64,000 nt of DNA from a virus (IMGVR_UViG_3300037504_001229:1-64000), one strand, 5' to 3'. Numbered from the stretch's first letter, positions 30,126-40,008 are shown. Notes: generated by a model not told the origin, from the letters alone. Numbers and translations are program-made.

Positions 30126-30721
30126 TGATAGAATTTAATAGAACAAAATATACAAATTGTAAAGATTGTCCTTTAAATTCTATGAATAAAGTATTTGGAA
30201 GGGGTGACGAAGATAGAAATTTTAATAGTGGTATTATCTTTTTAGGAGAAGCACCTGGAGTAGAGGAAGACAGGCAGAAAAAACCTTTTGTAGGACAATC
30301 GGGAAAGCTTTTAGATTTAGTATTACATGAGGTTGGAATACATAGAGATTACTGTTGGATTACAAATAGAATTATTTGTAGACCACCTCAAAATAACTTT
30401 AATGCAGATGGTTTACCTGAAGCAATAAGTTTATGTTCTCATGGGTTATTTCAAGAGTTTAAATATTTAAGAGAAGAAGCTGGATATAAAATTATTGTTC
30501 CTCTTGGAGCTAATGCTTTAGGAGCTTTTAAACTTAAAGGAATAAAAAGATATAAAGGGCAAGTTATAAATGATATAGATTTAGATATGAAAGTTATTCC
30601 AACATATCATCCTTCGTATCTAGTAAGAAACGGAGGTAAAATTTTAAAAGAAGAAAATAATGAACTTTGGGAAAGTTGGAAAAAGGATTTTGAACTAGTA
30701 AAGGAGATTAGTAATGCCTGA
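30125..30721 (+). CDS. family 4 uracil-DNA glycosylase-like protein
   Basis: CKDCPL, GEAPG..ED..PFVG, CRPP, TYHPS. Confidence 0.9.
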   Translation: MIEFNRTKYTNCKDCPLNSMNKVFGRGDEDRNFNSGIIFLGEAPGVEEDRQKKPFVGQSGKLLDLVLHEVGIHRDYCWITNRIICRPPQNNFNADGLPEAISLCSHGLFQEFKYLREEAGYKIIVPLGANALGAFKLKGIKRYKGQVINDIDLDMKVIPTYHPSYLVRNGGKILKEENNELWESWKKDFELVKEISNA

Positions 30722-31094
30722 AAATAAAATTATACTTCATACAGAAACTGTTATAGATTCAGCACATAAGTTAGAACTCTATAATGGGGCATGCTCACGT
30801 ATCCATGGCCACTCGTGGCTTGTAAAAGTTTGGATTAAAGGAACACCAGAAGATCAAGACAAAGTAGGTATTATTTTTGATTTTGGAAAAGTAAAGGATA
30901 TTAAAGAAAAACTTGATCATAGATATATTAATGACGTTGTTAACTTTAATCCTACAGCTGAAAACTTAGTTATGTTTATTTATGATTTGCTAAAAAGAGA
31001 TTACCCAAGTTTAGAGTTTTGTGTTAGAATATACGAAACAGCAGTAGGGAAAGAAACTTGGGCACAATATGGAGATTTTGAATGGGTAAGTTAG
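30714..31094 (+). CDS. queD: 6-carboxy-5,6,7,8-tetrahydropterin synthase
   Basis: SAH..CSRIHGHSW, LDH, PTAEN, ET. Confidence 0.92.
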   Translation: MPENKIILHTETVIDSAHKLELYNGACSRIHGHSWLVKVWIKGTPEDQDKVGIIFDFGKVKDIKEKLDHRYINDVVNFNPTAENLVMFIYDLLKRDYPSLEFCVRIYETAVGKETWAQYGDFEWVS

Positions 31095-31753
31095 TTAGAT
31101 TAGCAGAAGAACCTTTTTATGGATTTCAAGGGGAGGGTTCAACTCAAGGGAAGCTTTCTCTTTTCATTCGTTTTTCGGGGTGCAATTTGTCATGTACTCT
31201 ATGTGATTCTACTTTTGCAAGTAGGCAACATGAGGAACATATTTTTGAGCTAGGTTATTTAAAAAGAGTAGTAGAAGAAAGGAATAGTAATATTGTATTT
31301 ACTGGTGGAGAGCCTTTTCTTTATATAGATAAACTATATGATTTTATTTGCTCAATAGAAAATACTGTTGAGATAGAAACAAACGGAACTATTGTTCCAG
31401 ATGAATTGTACGGATTTATGCATGGAGGGGTACAGTTTAATATTTCCCCCAAAGAAAATATAAAACAAGATTCTATTATAGATACAAAACCTCATCTTTT
31501 AAGAGAGCTAAAAAGGTATGATAGATATTGTGTCAAGTTTCTTTTACAAGATGATAGTGATATTGATTATGTTAAAGATGTTCAAAGTAGATATAATATT
31601 CCAGATGAGAAAGTTTATATACAACCTGTAGGAACTCATCGAGAAGCTCTTTATAAAATTGTAGAAAAGTATTATAATACTATTATAGGTAACAAATGGA
31701 ACTTGAGTGCAAGGCTTCATGTTCTATTTTTTAATGATAAGAGAGGAGTTTAA
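31082..31753 (+). CDS. queE: 7-carboxy-7-deazaguanine synthase (radical SAM)
   Basis: FQGEG, GCNLSCTLCDS, TGGEP, IETNG, SPK, RLH. Confidence 0.92.
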   Translation: MGKLVRLAEEPFYGFQGEGSTQGKLSLFIRFSGCNLSCTLCDSTFASRQHEEHIFELGYLKRVVEERNSNIVFTGGEPFLYIDKLYDFICSIENTVEIETNGTIVPDELYGFMHGGVQFNISPKENIKQDSIIDTKPHLLRELKRYDRYCVKFLLQDDSDIDYVKDVQSRYNIPDEKVYIQPVGTHREALYKIVEKYYNTIIGNKWNLSARLHVLFFNDKRGV

Positions 31754-32362
31754 ATGATACCTAGTAATGGTAATAAAGTTATTAATAATGTAAGTAGAAG
31801 TAATATGATTCGTATGGTTTCAGAAAAATTTAAAGAAATTCTTGATATAATGAGCTTTGATTTAGAAGATCAACAAATTAAAGATACTCCTAACCGTTGG
31901 GCAAAAATGATGATTAATGAACTATTGTCTGGATGTTATACAGAAGAACCTAAAATGACTGTTTTTAAAAATACAAAGAAGTACGACGAAATAATATTTT
32001 TAGGACCAATACAAATTAAAAGTCTTTGTTCGCATCATGTTGTTCCGTTTCGAGGAAAGGCGTATTTAGCTTACATTCCTGGAGATTATGTTTGTGGGAT
32101 TTCTAAGCTTTCTCGGATTGTTAATTGGTTTATGCGAAGACCTCAAATACAAGAGGAACTAACAAAACAAATTGCTGACTATATGGAAGATAAACTGAAA
32201 CCAAAAGGATGTGCAGTTTATATTGAAGCTCAACATGAGTGTATGATTATTAGAGGAGTAGAAGAAAGTGATAGTTGGATGAAGACAAGTGATATGAGAG
32301 GTGGGTTTAAGAAAAAGTCTTCTACAAGAAAAGAATTTTTTGATATGGTAAATAAAAGCTAA
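31754..32362 (+). CDS. folE: GTP cyclohydrolase I
   Basis: DTPNR, SLCSHH, GISKLSR, RPQIQE, HECM..RG. Confidence 0.95.
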   Translation: MIPSNGNKVINNVSRSNMIRMVSEKFKEILDIMSFDLEDQQIKDTPNRWAKMMINELLSGCYTEEPKMTVFKNTKKYDEIIFLGPIQIKSLCSHHVVPFRGKAYLAYIPGDYVCGISKLSRIVNWFMRRPQIQEELTKQIADYMEDKLKPKGCAVYIEAQHECMIIRGVEESDSWMKTSDMRGGFKKKSSTRKEFFDMVNKS

Positions 32363-32697
32363 TGAAAAAATTTATTTGGATAACTACTCAGTTCGAAGGG
32401 ACTCATTATTACCCTTATGCTCCAGAAGAAGTTGCATTTCTAAGAAATGAACATAGACATATATTTCATTTAAAAGTACGGATAGAAGTTTTTTCGAATG
32501 ATAGAGAAATAGAATTTATACTTTTTAAAAGGTTTATAAATTCTTTAATATCATCAAGAAATTTTAACCATAGATCTTGTGAAATGATTAGTGATGATCT
32601 ATATAATCTTATAAGAAAAGAGTATCCTAATAGAGAAATTAGAATTGAAGTATCAGAAGATAATGAGAACGGGAGTTATATAGAATATGGAAAATAA
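32362..32697 (+). CDS. QueD-like T-fold protein, candidate DpdL-type CDG decarboxylase
   Basis: LRNEHRHIF matches the LxxxHRHxF motif I recall for phage DpdL; SCE and EDNENG; sits inside the deazaguanine cluster. Confidence 0.65.
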   Translation: MKKFIWITTQFEGTHYYPYAPEEVAFLRNEHRHIFHLKVRIEVFSNDREIEFILFKRFINSLISSRNFNHRSCEMISDDLYNLIRKEYPNREIRIEVSEDNENGSYIEYGK

Positions 32698-33628
32698 GTA
32701 TTTTGAAGACTTAGATAACTTTATGTCTAATGTTGAATATCCTTATATATATCAAATTGAAGTTACAGAAAGATGTAACTTACAATGTCCTATGTGCCTT
32801 AATAAAGAAATGACTAATAAACAAGATCTTAAAATGGATCTTTTAGATATAATAATAGAGAATGATTATTTAAGGGATACTCCTTATACTGAGTTACAAA
32901 TGTCAGGAGAGCCTATTCTACATCCTAATCTACTTGAAATAATCTATAAAATTCGAAGTACAGGAACTATGGTAGGTATGTCTTCTAACTTAGCTAAAAA
33001 AATAGATAGTAAGTTATTAAAAACATATAACAGTTTAGATAGCCTTACTATATCCTTTGATGTGTTTGATAAGGAGTTATACGAAGTTTCTAGATATCCT
33101 AATAAGTGGGAAAGTTTTTTATCTAACTTTGAATTTTTGATGGAACATGTTTCTCCTAATGTTTTAGTATTTGTACAATTATTATACTCAGATTGGACTA
33201 AAGAAAAATTTAAAGAAAGTAAAGATAAGCTATATGATTTTTTAATAAAAAATGATTTTCTTAAAGATAATATTATTATAAGGTATGTGGATGACTGTTT
33301 TATAGAACAAAGAGAGGATAGTAGTTCTTTTTACGTAGGGAAGAAGGGATTTTGTATTAATCCATTTTTATCGGTCTCGATTAAAGCTGATGGAATAGTT
33401 GTACCTTGTTGTTTTGATTTTAAAAAGGAACTACCTTTAGGTAACTTATATAATACTAAATTAGAAGATATTTGGAACGGAGATAAAATGCAACTATTAA
33501 GAGATCAACATTTAGGGAAAGAATTTTTACCTGAAAAATGTAGAAAATGTTATTATAGATCACCGATAAGATTGATTTATTCTTTCTTATCTGATTTAAT
33601 TAAGTTTAAAAATACAGGGAGTTTATAA
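32687..33628 (+). CDS. radical SAM protein with SPASM/twitch domain
   Basis: CNLQCPMC, GEPILHP, C-terminal C..PF...PCC..D...CRKC. Confidence 0.88.
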   Translation: MENKYFEDLDNFMSNVEYPYIYQIEVTERCNLQCPMCLNKEMTNKQDLKMDLLDIIIENDYLRDTPYTELQMSGEPILHPNLLEIIYKIRSTGTMVGMSSNLAKKIDSKLLKTYNSLDSLTISFDVFDKELYEVSRYPNKWESFLSNFEFLMEHVSPNVLVFVQLLYSDWTKEKFKESKDKLYDFLIKNDFLKDNIIIRYVDDCFIEQREDSSSFYVGKKGFCINPFLSVSIKADGIVVPCCFDFKKELPLGNLYNTKLEDIWNGDKMQLLRDQHLGKEFLPEKCRKCYYRSPIRLIYSFLSDLIKFKNTGSL

Positions 33629-33629
33629 T

Positions 33630-34673
33630 ATGAAAGTTTATTTAATAACTTTAGAATCCATTGAAACAAGATATACTGGACAATGGAAAAGGTGGATTAA
33701 AGATTATTTTGATAAGAAAGGAGTAGCTACAGTACAAATAGATGGAGATACTCTATCTGCTGGTAACTTGAATAATAAAAATTTTTTAGATGTATGTAAA
33801 ACAAATATTTGGAAGTCTGAACAAATTATTAAAGTAAGTAAACTTTTTCATAATAATAAAGTTAAAGACGGAGATATTTTTTTATTTTATGATGCATGGC
33901 ATTATGGATCAGTAGCTATTAAATATATGTTAGACCTTAATAATATACAGGGTAAAATTTATGGAATTTGGCACGCAGGAAGTTATGATCCTAACGATCT
34001 TTTAGGTGATTATTATGATCATTTTAGAACATTTGAAAAGAGTTTATTTGAAGATATTTATGATAAATCTTTCGTAGCTACTAACTATCATAAAGAGCTA
34101 ATCGAAGAAAACCTTTTTATTGAGTATCCTAAAAGGATTAAAGTAACTGGATTCCCTTATGAGTTTAATCATTTACAAAAGTTTGAAAAAGAAAAGAAAG
34201 AAGATTTAGTAGTTTTTCCTCATAGATTGTCTCGAGAAAAACAACCGGAAATTTTAAAAGATTTAGCTTCTAACTTAAGTGAAGAGGGAATAAAAGTAAT
34301 ATTCTGTCAAGAGAGAAAACTATCTAAGGAGGAATATCATAAGATATTAGCAAAGTCTAAAATAGTTTTTTCTGCTAACTTACAAGAAACTTGGGGGATC
34401 GGAACTTTCGAAGGACTTTATTTAAATTGTATTCCTGTTATTCCCGATAGGTTAAGCTACAAAGAAATGTATTATAATACATTTAAATATCCTTCGGACT
34501 GGACAAAATCTTTCGAATCGTATAAACTACATAAAAGTGAGTTATTAAACTTTTTGATCGAAAAAGTTAAAAACTATAATGCTTATAAGGAAAGCATGTA
34601 TGAAAATATAAACTTTCTTCAAGAAGTTTATTGTACATTCGATAATATTTATAAGGGAGTGACAAATGATTAA
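33630..34673 (+). CDS. GT-B glycosyltransferase (GT4-like)
   Basis: WHAGSYD, FPHRLSREK, QETWGIGTFEG. Confidence 0.8.
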   Translation: MKVYLITLESIETRYTGQWKRWIKDYFDKKGVATVQIDGDTLSAGNLNNKNFLDVCKTNIWKSEQIIKVSKLFHNNKVKDGDIFLFYDAWHYGSVAIKYMLDLNNIQGKIYGIWHAGSYDPNDLLGDYYDHFRTFEKSLFEDIYDKSFVATNYHKELIEENLFIEYPKRIKVTGFPYEFNHLQKFEKEKKEDLVVFPHRLSREKQPEILKDLASNLSEEGIKVIFCQERKLSKEEYHKILAKSKIVFSANLQETWGIGTFEGLYLNCIPVIPDRLSYKEMYYNTFKYPSDWTKSFESYKLHKSELLNFLIEKVKNYNAYKESMYENINFLQEVYCTFDNIYKGVTND

Positions 34674-35919
34674 GGATGAGTTTTTTAAAAACAGAAAATC
34701 AATATATCTACCTGCTCTTTCAGCCTCAGCAGCAGAAGGGTTGATGAAAGATAGGAAAAGTTTTAATGGTCAATCTTATAGATTTTATAACTCTAGTCCG
34801 GATAGTGAGGATTTTTATAATGCTCTTTTAGTATCTTCGGGTCATTATTATAAAAAATTAGATACTACAAAAAAGATGGGAATAGATCTAGATAAAACTT
34901 TTGTAATGGGAGATAGCGGAGGATATCAACTAGCAACAGGGTATTTAACTTTTTCTAACGATATAGTTGAGAAAATTTTTAACTGGCTCGAGCATAATTC
35001 AAACTATGCTATGAACCTAGATCTTCCTCCCTATGTTTCTAGAGAAAATAAGAAAAGAATATCCGAGGATTTTTTTAATAAAAGATTAGAGCAGAGTGTA
35101 AAGAACTTTGAATATTTTATGAAAAATAGAACTGGTAAAGTAAGATATTTAAATGTACTTCATGGAAGGAAAAAGGAGCACTTAACAACATGGTATAATG
35201 CGGTTAAGGATTTTGATTTTGACGGGGGGTGGTCTTTAGGGTCAGTTAGTTCTAACTTGTTTTATATTTTACAAAGTTTTTTCCTTTTAAAAGAAAAGGG
35301 TGAGTTTGAAAGACTAAACAAAAAGAAAACTCCTACTATTATTCATATTTTAGGATTCTCAAAAGTATATAATCTTTACTATGTAAGTTACTTACAAAAG
35401 AAGTTAAAAGATTATGGTTACGATAATATTACAATAACTTACGATTCTTCTTCTCCTGCATTAACAGCTGCTTATGGAAGATATATATTTTCTTCAGTAT
35501 TAAGAACATTTAAGTATTTAGTTTTTTCGAATAAGTACGATTACAAGGATGTTCCAAAAGGTGTACCTTTACCTTGTGAATGTCCTTTTTGTAGGAATGT
35601 AACTTTTGATACACTTTTTACTGAAGGTCTAAATAGTAAAGGGGGATTTTCTACTCAACTATATAATCTAATATGTTTTCATAATCTGTATAAAGTATTA
35701 GAACTTAAAAAGAAGATTGATAGAATAGTAGATTTTGATAACTACGATCTTCAAAAACAGTTCTTCGGAGAAACTGATGCTTTAATCTTTGAAGCTATAA
35801 GTGAAGCATTTAAAAAAGATAAACCTTTTGAATTTATTAGAAACATGTATAGCAATATTACAAACGGATATGGCAATATTAAGATAGGTGATGCAGAAAT
35901 GCCTACATTTTTCGGTTAA
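34666..35919 (+). CDS. dpdA: guanine transglycosylase-like protein (DpdA/TGT family)
   Basis: DSGGYQ, NLDLPP, LNVLHG, GWSLG, HILG, DSSS, zinc site CECPFC...HN. Confidence 0.8.
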   Translation: MIKDEFFKNRKSIYLPALSASAAEGLMKDRKSFNGQSYRFYNSSPDSEDFYNALLVSSGHYYKKLDTTKKMGIDLDKTFVMGDSGGYQLATGYLTFSNDIVEKIFNWLEHNSNYAMNLDLPPYVSRENKKRISEDFFNKRLEQSVKNFEYFMKNRTGKVRYLNVLHGRKKEHLTTWYNAVKDFDFDGGWSLGSVSSNLFYILQSFFLLKEKGEFERLNKKKTPTIIHILGFSKVYNLYYVSYLQKKLKDYGYDNITITYDSSSPALTAAYGRYIFSSVLRTFKYLVFSNKYDYKDVPKGVPLPCECPFCRNVTFDTLFTEGLNSKGGFSTQLYNLICFHNLYKVLELKKKIDRIVDFDNYDLQKQFFGETDALIFEAISEAFKKDKPFEFIRNMYSNITNGYGNIKIGDAEMPTFFG

Positions 35920-35921
35920 TT

Positions 35922-36872
35922 ATGATTTTACTAACACATAATGTAGATTTAGATGGTCTCGGAAGTGTAATTCTATCAAAGTTTGCTCATATTGAATATG
36001 ATAAAATACTAATGAGTTCTTACGAGGAGAATGATTATGAACTTCTTGCTCCTCACGGAGATAAAGAACAAACTTTGATTGCTACTGACTATCGAGTTTC
36101 TCAAGAGTTATTTAGTTTTTTCAGTAAAGATTTTAAGGATTTTCTTGCATTTGATCATCACGAAGAAACATTACAGTTTAAAGATGATGAAAGAGTATTT
36201 GTTGATATAACTAAATGTGGAACAAGACTATTTTACGAGAACTTCGTAGTAGATGAAATTAAAAATAAAACAAGTGATTATTTAGTTACTCTAATAGATA
36301 CATACGATATGTGGAGAAAAGAGTCTGAACATTGGGAGGAGGCAAACAACTTAAATAGAGTTCTTTGGTCTACTATGAACTATACAGTTCCAGATAGAGA
36401 TATAAATAAATACAACTTTTTTCTTAATCTTCAACTAGAAAAGTTAAGGAGAGATGAATTTCGATGGACTAACTACGAGTTAGATAAAATAAGTTATGCA
36501 AAAATGAAGGAAGATCAAGCTTTTGAAAAAGCTTTAAGTATGTTAAAAATAAGGGAAGATAGAAAAGGGCGAAAGTTTGGTATCTGGTGGGGTAGAAATA
36601 AGATTAGTCAAGTTTGTAGTAGGTTGATGGAAGAGATAGAAGATTTAGATTATGTTATTAGTATAAATACTTTTCAACCTAGAGGGAAAAAAGATGCTGT
36701 AAATGGAAAAGTCTCTGTTAGGGCAAACGAAAAAAGTGATTTTAGTGTTAGAGATTTAGTAGGGATAGAAGGACATAAAGGCGCAGGAGGTGGAGAGTTC
36801 TCAGTACCCTTCTTGATAAATTTATGGAACGGATATATAATGCAGATACCTTATCAAAGGAGTTCCTCTTAA
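35922..36872 (+). CDS. DHH/DHHA1 phosphoesterase
   Basis: THNVDLDG, TD, FDHH, SVR, GHKGAGG. Confidence 0.85.
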   Translation: MILLTHNVDLDGLGSVILSKFAHIEYDKILMSSYEENDYELLAPHGDKEQTLIATDYRVSQELFSFFSKDFKDFLAFDHHEETLQFKDDERVFVDITKCGTRLFYENFVVDEIKNKTSDYLVTLIDTYDMWRKESEHWEEANNLNRVLWSTMNYTVPDRDINKYNFFLNLQLEKLRRDEFRWTNYELDKISYAKMKEDQAFEKALSMLKIREDRKGRKFGIWWGRNKISQVCSRLMEEIEDLDYVISINTFQPRGKKDAVNGKVSVRANEKSDFSVRDLVGIEGHKGAGGGEFSVPFLINLWNGYIMQIPYQRSSS

Positions 36873-39677
36873 ATGGATTTTTTCAGTGGACCAGTACCTA
36901 AAGATGTAGATATAAAAAGAAGTGAAGATGTAATAAAAGATAATATTTTATACGAAGACAAAGATTATAATGTAACTATTCTTTTAGATTTATATTACAA
37001 CAAGTCTATAATAAATCAAATAGTAAAAGATATTAAAGTATGGAATAATCAAGTAAAGCCAAGAGTCGTATATCCTTTCAACTTTAAGATAAAAGATAGT
37101 GATATAAAAAGTAATGTAGCTAAATTTTATTTTGATAAAATATTAGATTTAAAAAAGTTTTGTTCTCCAAAAGAAAAAGTTATAGCTGTTGGAAGAACAT
37201 TATATGGAATAATAGGTTCTGATGATTTAGATTTATTTGGATTTTATGACTACATTTTAAATAAAACTTATTTTTATGATCCGTATAACCAAATATATGT
37301 TTACCCTACTGATTCTTTAAAGACATTATTTAACAAAGAATTTTTAAAGGATACATGGGAGAGATACTTTTTCCATCAACAAGTAAAGAGTTGTTTAGTA
37401 GATAAAGATACTTTTTATAAAAATCAAAGGATTAAAAAAATCATTTTAGAGTCAAAAGAGAAAGTTGATTCTTTTTTGGATTGCTGGAAAGATAATAATG
37501 TTTTAATGGCATGTGATATTGAAACAAAGTTTTTAGATCCTTGGAATCTTGAAAGTGAAATATTAGAAGTTACTATTTCTTTCGATGGGAAAACAGGATA
37601 TTTACTTCCAAGTGAGTTTGTAGATAAAAAATTCTTTGCAGAATTTATTAAAGGTAAAAAACTTATTATGCATAATGGAAAGTATGATACTAAGTTTTTT
37701 ATTTTAAGATGGGGAGTACCGAGAGATAATATTTATATATTCCATGATACTTGGGCGGGAAGTCATCAAATAAACGAAATGCAAAAAAATAGTTTAAAAT
37801 CAGATGCTTGGCTTTATACAGTATATGGAGGATATGATAGAGAACTAGATGAATACTTAGAAAAATATCCCGAATGTAAAAAAGACTTTAGTAAAATACC
37901 AAAAAATATTCGTTATTCATATGCAATAATGGATGCTATAGTTACATATCAAATATATGAAAGGCAGTTAGAAGTTTTCGATAAAATAGATAGTAAACTA
38001 AAGTTAGATAATAACTGGAATACTTTTAGATATTTTTATGAAGTAAGAATGTTATCAGTTAATACATTTCTAGATGTAGAACTTAATGGAATGTATATTG
38101 ATTGGGACTTGCTGAAAAAGTATTCAAGCGATTTACAAAAACAAATAGATAACTTAGAAAAAGAAGTTTTAGATTACTTTGGATTAAAGAAAGGCGAACT
38201 ATCATTAACAAGTGGTAATGAGTTAGGGGCTTTATTAGAAGTAAAAGATTGGAAAGACCACGGAAGGTCTAAAAATAAACCTACAAAGAATATTGTTTCT
38301 TTTTTAAAGAAAAAGTTTGGGGTTAACTTAACTAGGAAGAACGGAGTTTATCTTACAGGTGATGATCAACTAGAAAAATGGAAAAAAGATGGATATAAAG
38401 ATATTGTAAACAAAATTCTTAAGCATAGGGAACTATGTACTTTAATGAAAACTTTTATAGGAGGAAAAGTTGATAATAAAAATATAGATAGAGGCAACTT
38501 AGTCTCTACTTTTGATTGGGGGTTATCTCAAGAAAATGATAACGAAGATATAGAAAAAGGTTTTTTTCAATACAAGAAAAGTGATGGGAAAATACATAGT
38601 ACCTTCGGACCTATGATGACTAAGTCTCAAAGAAACTGGAGTAAGGCACCTAATGGTCAAAATATACCGAAACATGGAGATCTTGCAAAGTGGTATAGAA
38701 AGATATTTATTCCACCTTCTGAAGATTATTATATAGTTGAACAAGATGCTGCTGGGTTTCAGTTAAGAATAGGAGCTATATATAGTGGCGATAAAGAAAT
38801 GAAAAAAGTATTCACTGAGTTAGGTGGAGATATGCATTCTATGACAGCACAAGCTGTATTAAAAAGAGATATTTCTCTTAACGAATTTTTTAAGTTAAAG
38901 GCTGAAGGAAACGAAGAAATAAAAGAGATAAGATTTAAAGCTAAGGCTGTAAATTTTGGTTTCTTATTCGGGACAGTTGCTTATTCTTTTGCACTAGGTC
39001 TTGAAAAGGAATGGCCTTACAAAGATATAGTTGAGTATGTTAGAAGATATAATCTTCAAGAAAGGGTAAAGTTCTTTCTTAGAATTTTAAAAGGGGATAG
39101 AATAGGTGAAGATAAAGATAAAGCCTTTGATGGAGATAAGGGAGAATTTTTTGCAAATATAGACGATAAGAGAAAGTTTGCTAATGTTTGGGCGGTAGCA
39201 GCTGATATAAGAAAGAAGTTTTTTGAAAGATATCCTGGTTTAGAGGAATGGATTAAAAGACAATCTAGTGAGGCTGAAGAAAAAGGATATGTTGTTTCAC
39301 CTTTTGGGGCGGTAAGAAGACTTCCTCAACTAACTTATCAAGGGAAACATGATCTAAAAGGCAAGGTTAAAAACTGGAAAAATATTGCTCTTAACTCTCC
39401 TGTACAAAATTTTGAGTCAGTATATATGAATATATTAATGGGTGAACAAAATAAATATATCAAAAAGAATAACTTAGAAACTCACCTTTGTGGAAATGTT
39501 CATGATGCAAATATATCCTATGTTCATAAAGACGAGTTAAAAGAGTTTTTAGAGATATCTAAAGAAATATTTGAAAGAGATAGACCCGAAAATAAGGGAA
39601 TTCCTCAAGAGCTTGAGTCTAATGTAGCAGATTATTACGGAAAAGGGGAAGTTTGGGGGTTTGGTACTGAAATTTAG
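36873..39677 (+). CDS. polA: family A DNA polymerase with 3'-5' exonuclease
   Basis: Exo DIET, HNGKYD, YAIMD; motif A DAAGFQLR, DMHS, motif B RFKAKAVNFG, motif C VHD. Confidence 0.92.
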   Translation: MDFFSGPVPKDVDIKRSEDVIKDNILYEDKDYNVTILLDLYYNKSIINQIVKDIKVWNNQVKPRVVYPFNFKIKDSDIKSNVAKFYFDKILDLKKFCSPKEKVIAVGRTLYGIIGSDDLDLFGFYDYILNKTYFYDPYNQIYVYPTDSLKTLFNKEFLKDTWERYFFHQQVKSCLVDKDTFYKNQRIKKIILESKEKVDSFLDCWKDNNVLMACDIETKFLDPWNLESEILEVTISFDGKTGYLLPSEFVDKKFFAEFIKGKKLIMHNGKYDTKFFILRWGVPRDNIYIFHDTWAGSHQINEMQKNSLKSDAWLYTVYGGYDRELDEYLEKYPECKKDFSKIPKNIRYSYAIMDAIVTYQIYERQLEVFDKIDSKLKLDNNWNTFRYFYEVRMLSVNTFLDVELNGMYIDWDLLKKYSSDLQKQIDNLEKEVLDYFGLKKGELSLTSGNELGALLEVKDWKDHGRSKNKPTKNIVSFLKKKFGVNLTRKNGVYLTGDDQLEKWKKDGYKDIVNKILKHRELCTLMKTFIGGKVDNKNIDRGNLVSTFDWGLSQENDNEDIEKGFFQYKKSDGKIHSTFGPMMTKSQRNWSKAPNGQNIPKHGDLAKWYRKIFIPPSEDYYIVEQDAAGFQLRIGAIYSGDKEMKKVFTELGGDMHSMTAQAVLKRDISLNEFFKLKAEGNEEIKEIRFKAKAVNFGFLFGTVAYSFALGLEKEWPYKDIVEYVRRYNLQERVKFFLRILKGDRIGEDKDKAFDGDKGEFFANIDDKRKFANVWAVAADIRKKFFERYPGLEEWIKRQSSEAEEKGYVVSPFGAVRRLPQLTYQGKHDLKGKVKNWKNIALNSPVQNFESVYMNILMGEQNKYIKKNNLETHLCGNVHDANISYVHKDELKEFLEISKEIFERDRPENKGIPQELESNVADYYGKGEVWGFGTEI

Positions 39678-39706
39678 CAAAAAAGTAAATTTTTTTAAAA
39701 AAGCCC

Positions 39707-39735
39707 TTGATTTTTCTATAAAGATAATATATAAT
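39707..39735 (+). promoter_or_regulatory. sigma70-type (early) promoter TTGATT-N17-TATAAT
   Basis: Near-consensus, with AT-rich UP region, heading small genes. Confidence 0.65.
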
Positions 39736-39765
39736 ATTAATATCTTAAGTAAATAGGAGTAGAAA

Positions 39766-40002
39766 ATGGTAGGAACAAAACCACAAGAAGACAAAAGATC
39801 AGAAATCAAAAAGGCAGCTGATGATGTGAAAGAGGAATTCAGAAAAATAACTTCTAACTTGTCTTTCGATTCGGTTCGGAGTATGATTAACCCAAGGGGA
39901 ACCGCATATTTCGATTACTTGCACATCATTAGTGGTAGTAAAACCGCAAAGGAGGTAGCAGAAGAAGTAAAACTTGAAGCTAAAAAATTAGGAATTTTGT
40001 AA
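39766..40002 (+). CDS. hypothetical early protein
   Basis: 78 aa, AGGAG RBS. Confidence 0.6.
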   Translation: MVGTKPQEDKRSEIKKAADDVKEEFRKITSNLSFDSVRSMINPRGTAYFDYLHIISGSKTAKEVAEEVKLEAKKLGIL

Positions 40003-40008
40003 AATAGT

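Noticed and set aside
30714-35919. Ordinary queuosine tRNA-modification operon
   Set aside because: No queC, queF or queA and no tRNAs in the window, and the genes are linked to polA, which favours DNA modification; tRNA targeting is not formally excluded.
10129-39677. Introns or inteins in nrdJ, recA, helicase or polA
   Set aside because: Frames are continuous, with no intein terminal motifs or homing-endonuclease inserts seen.
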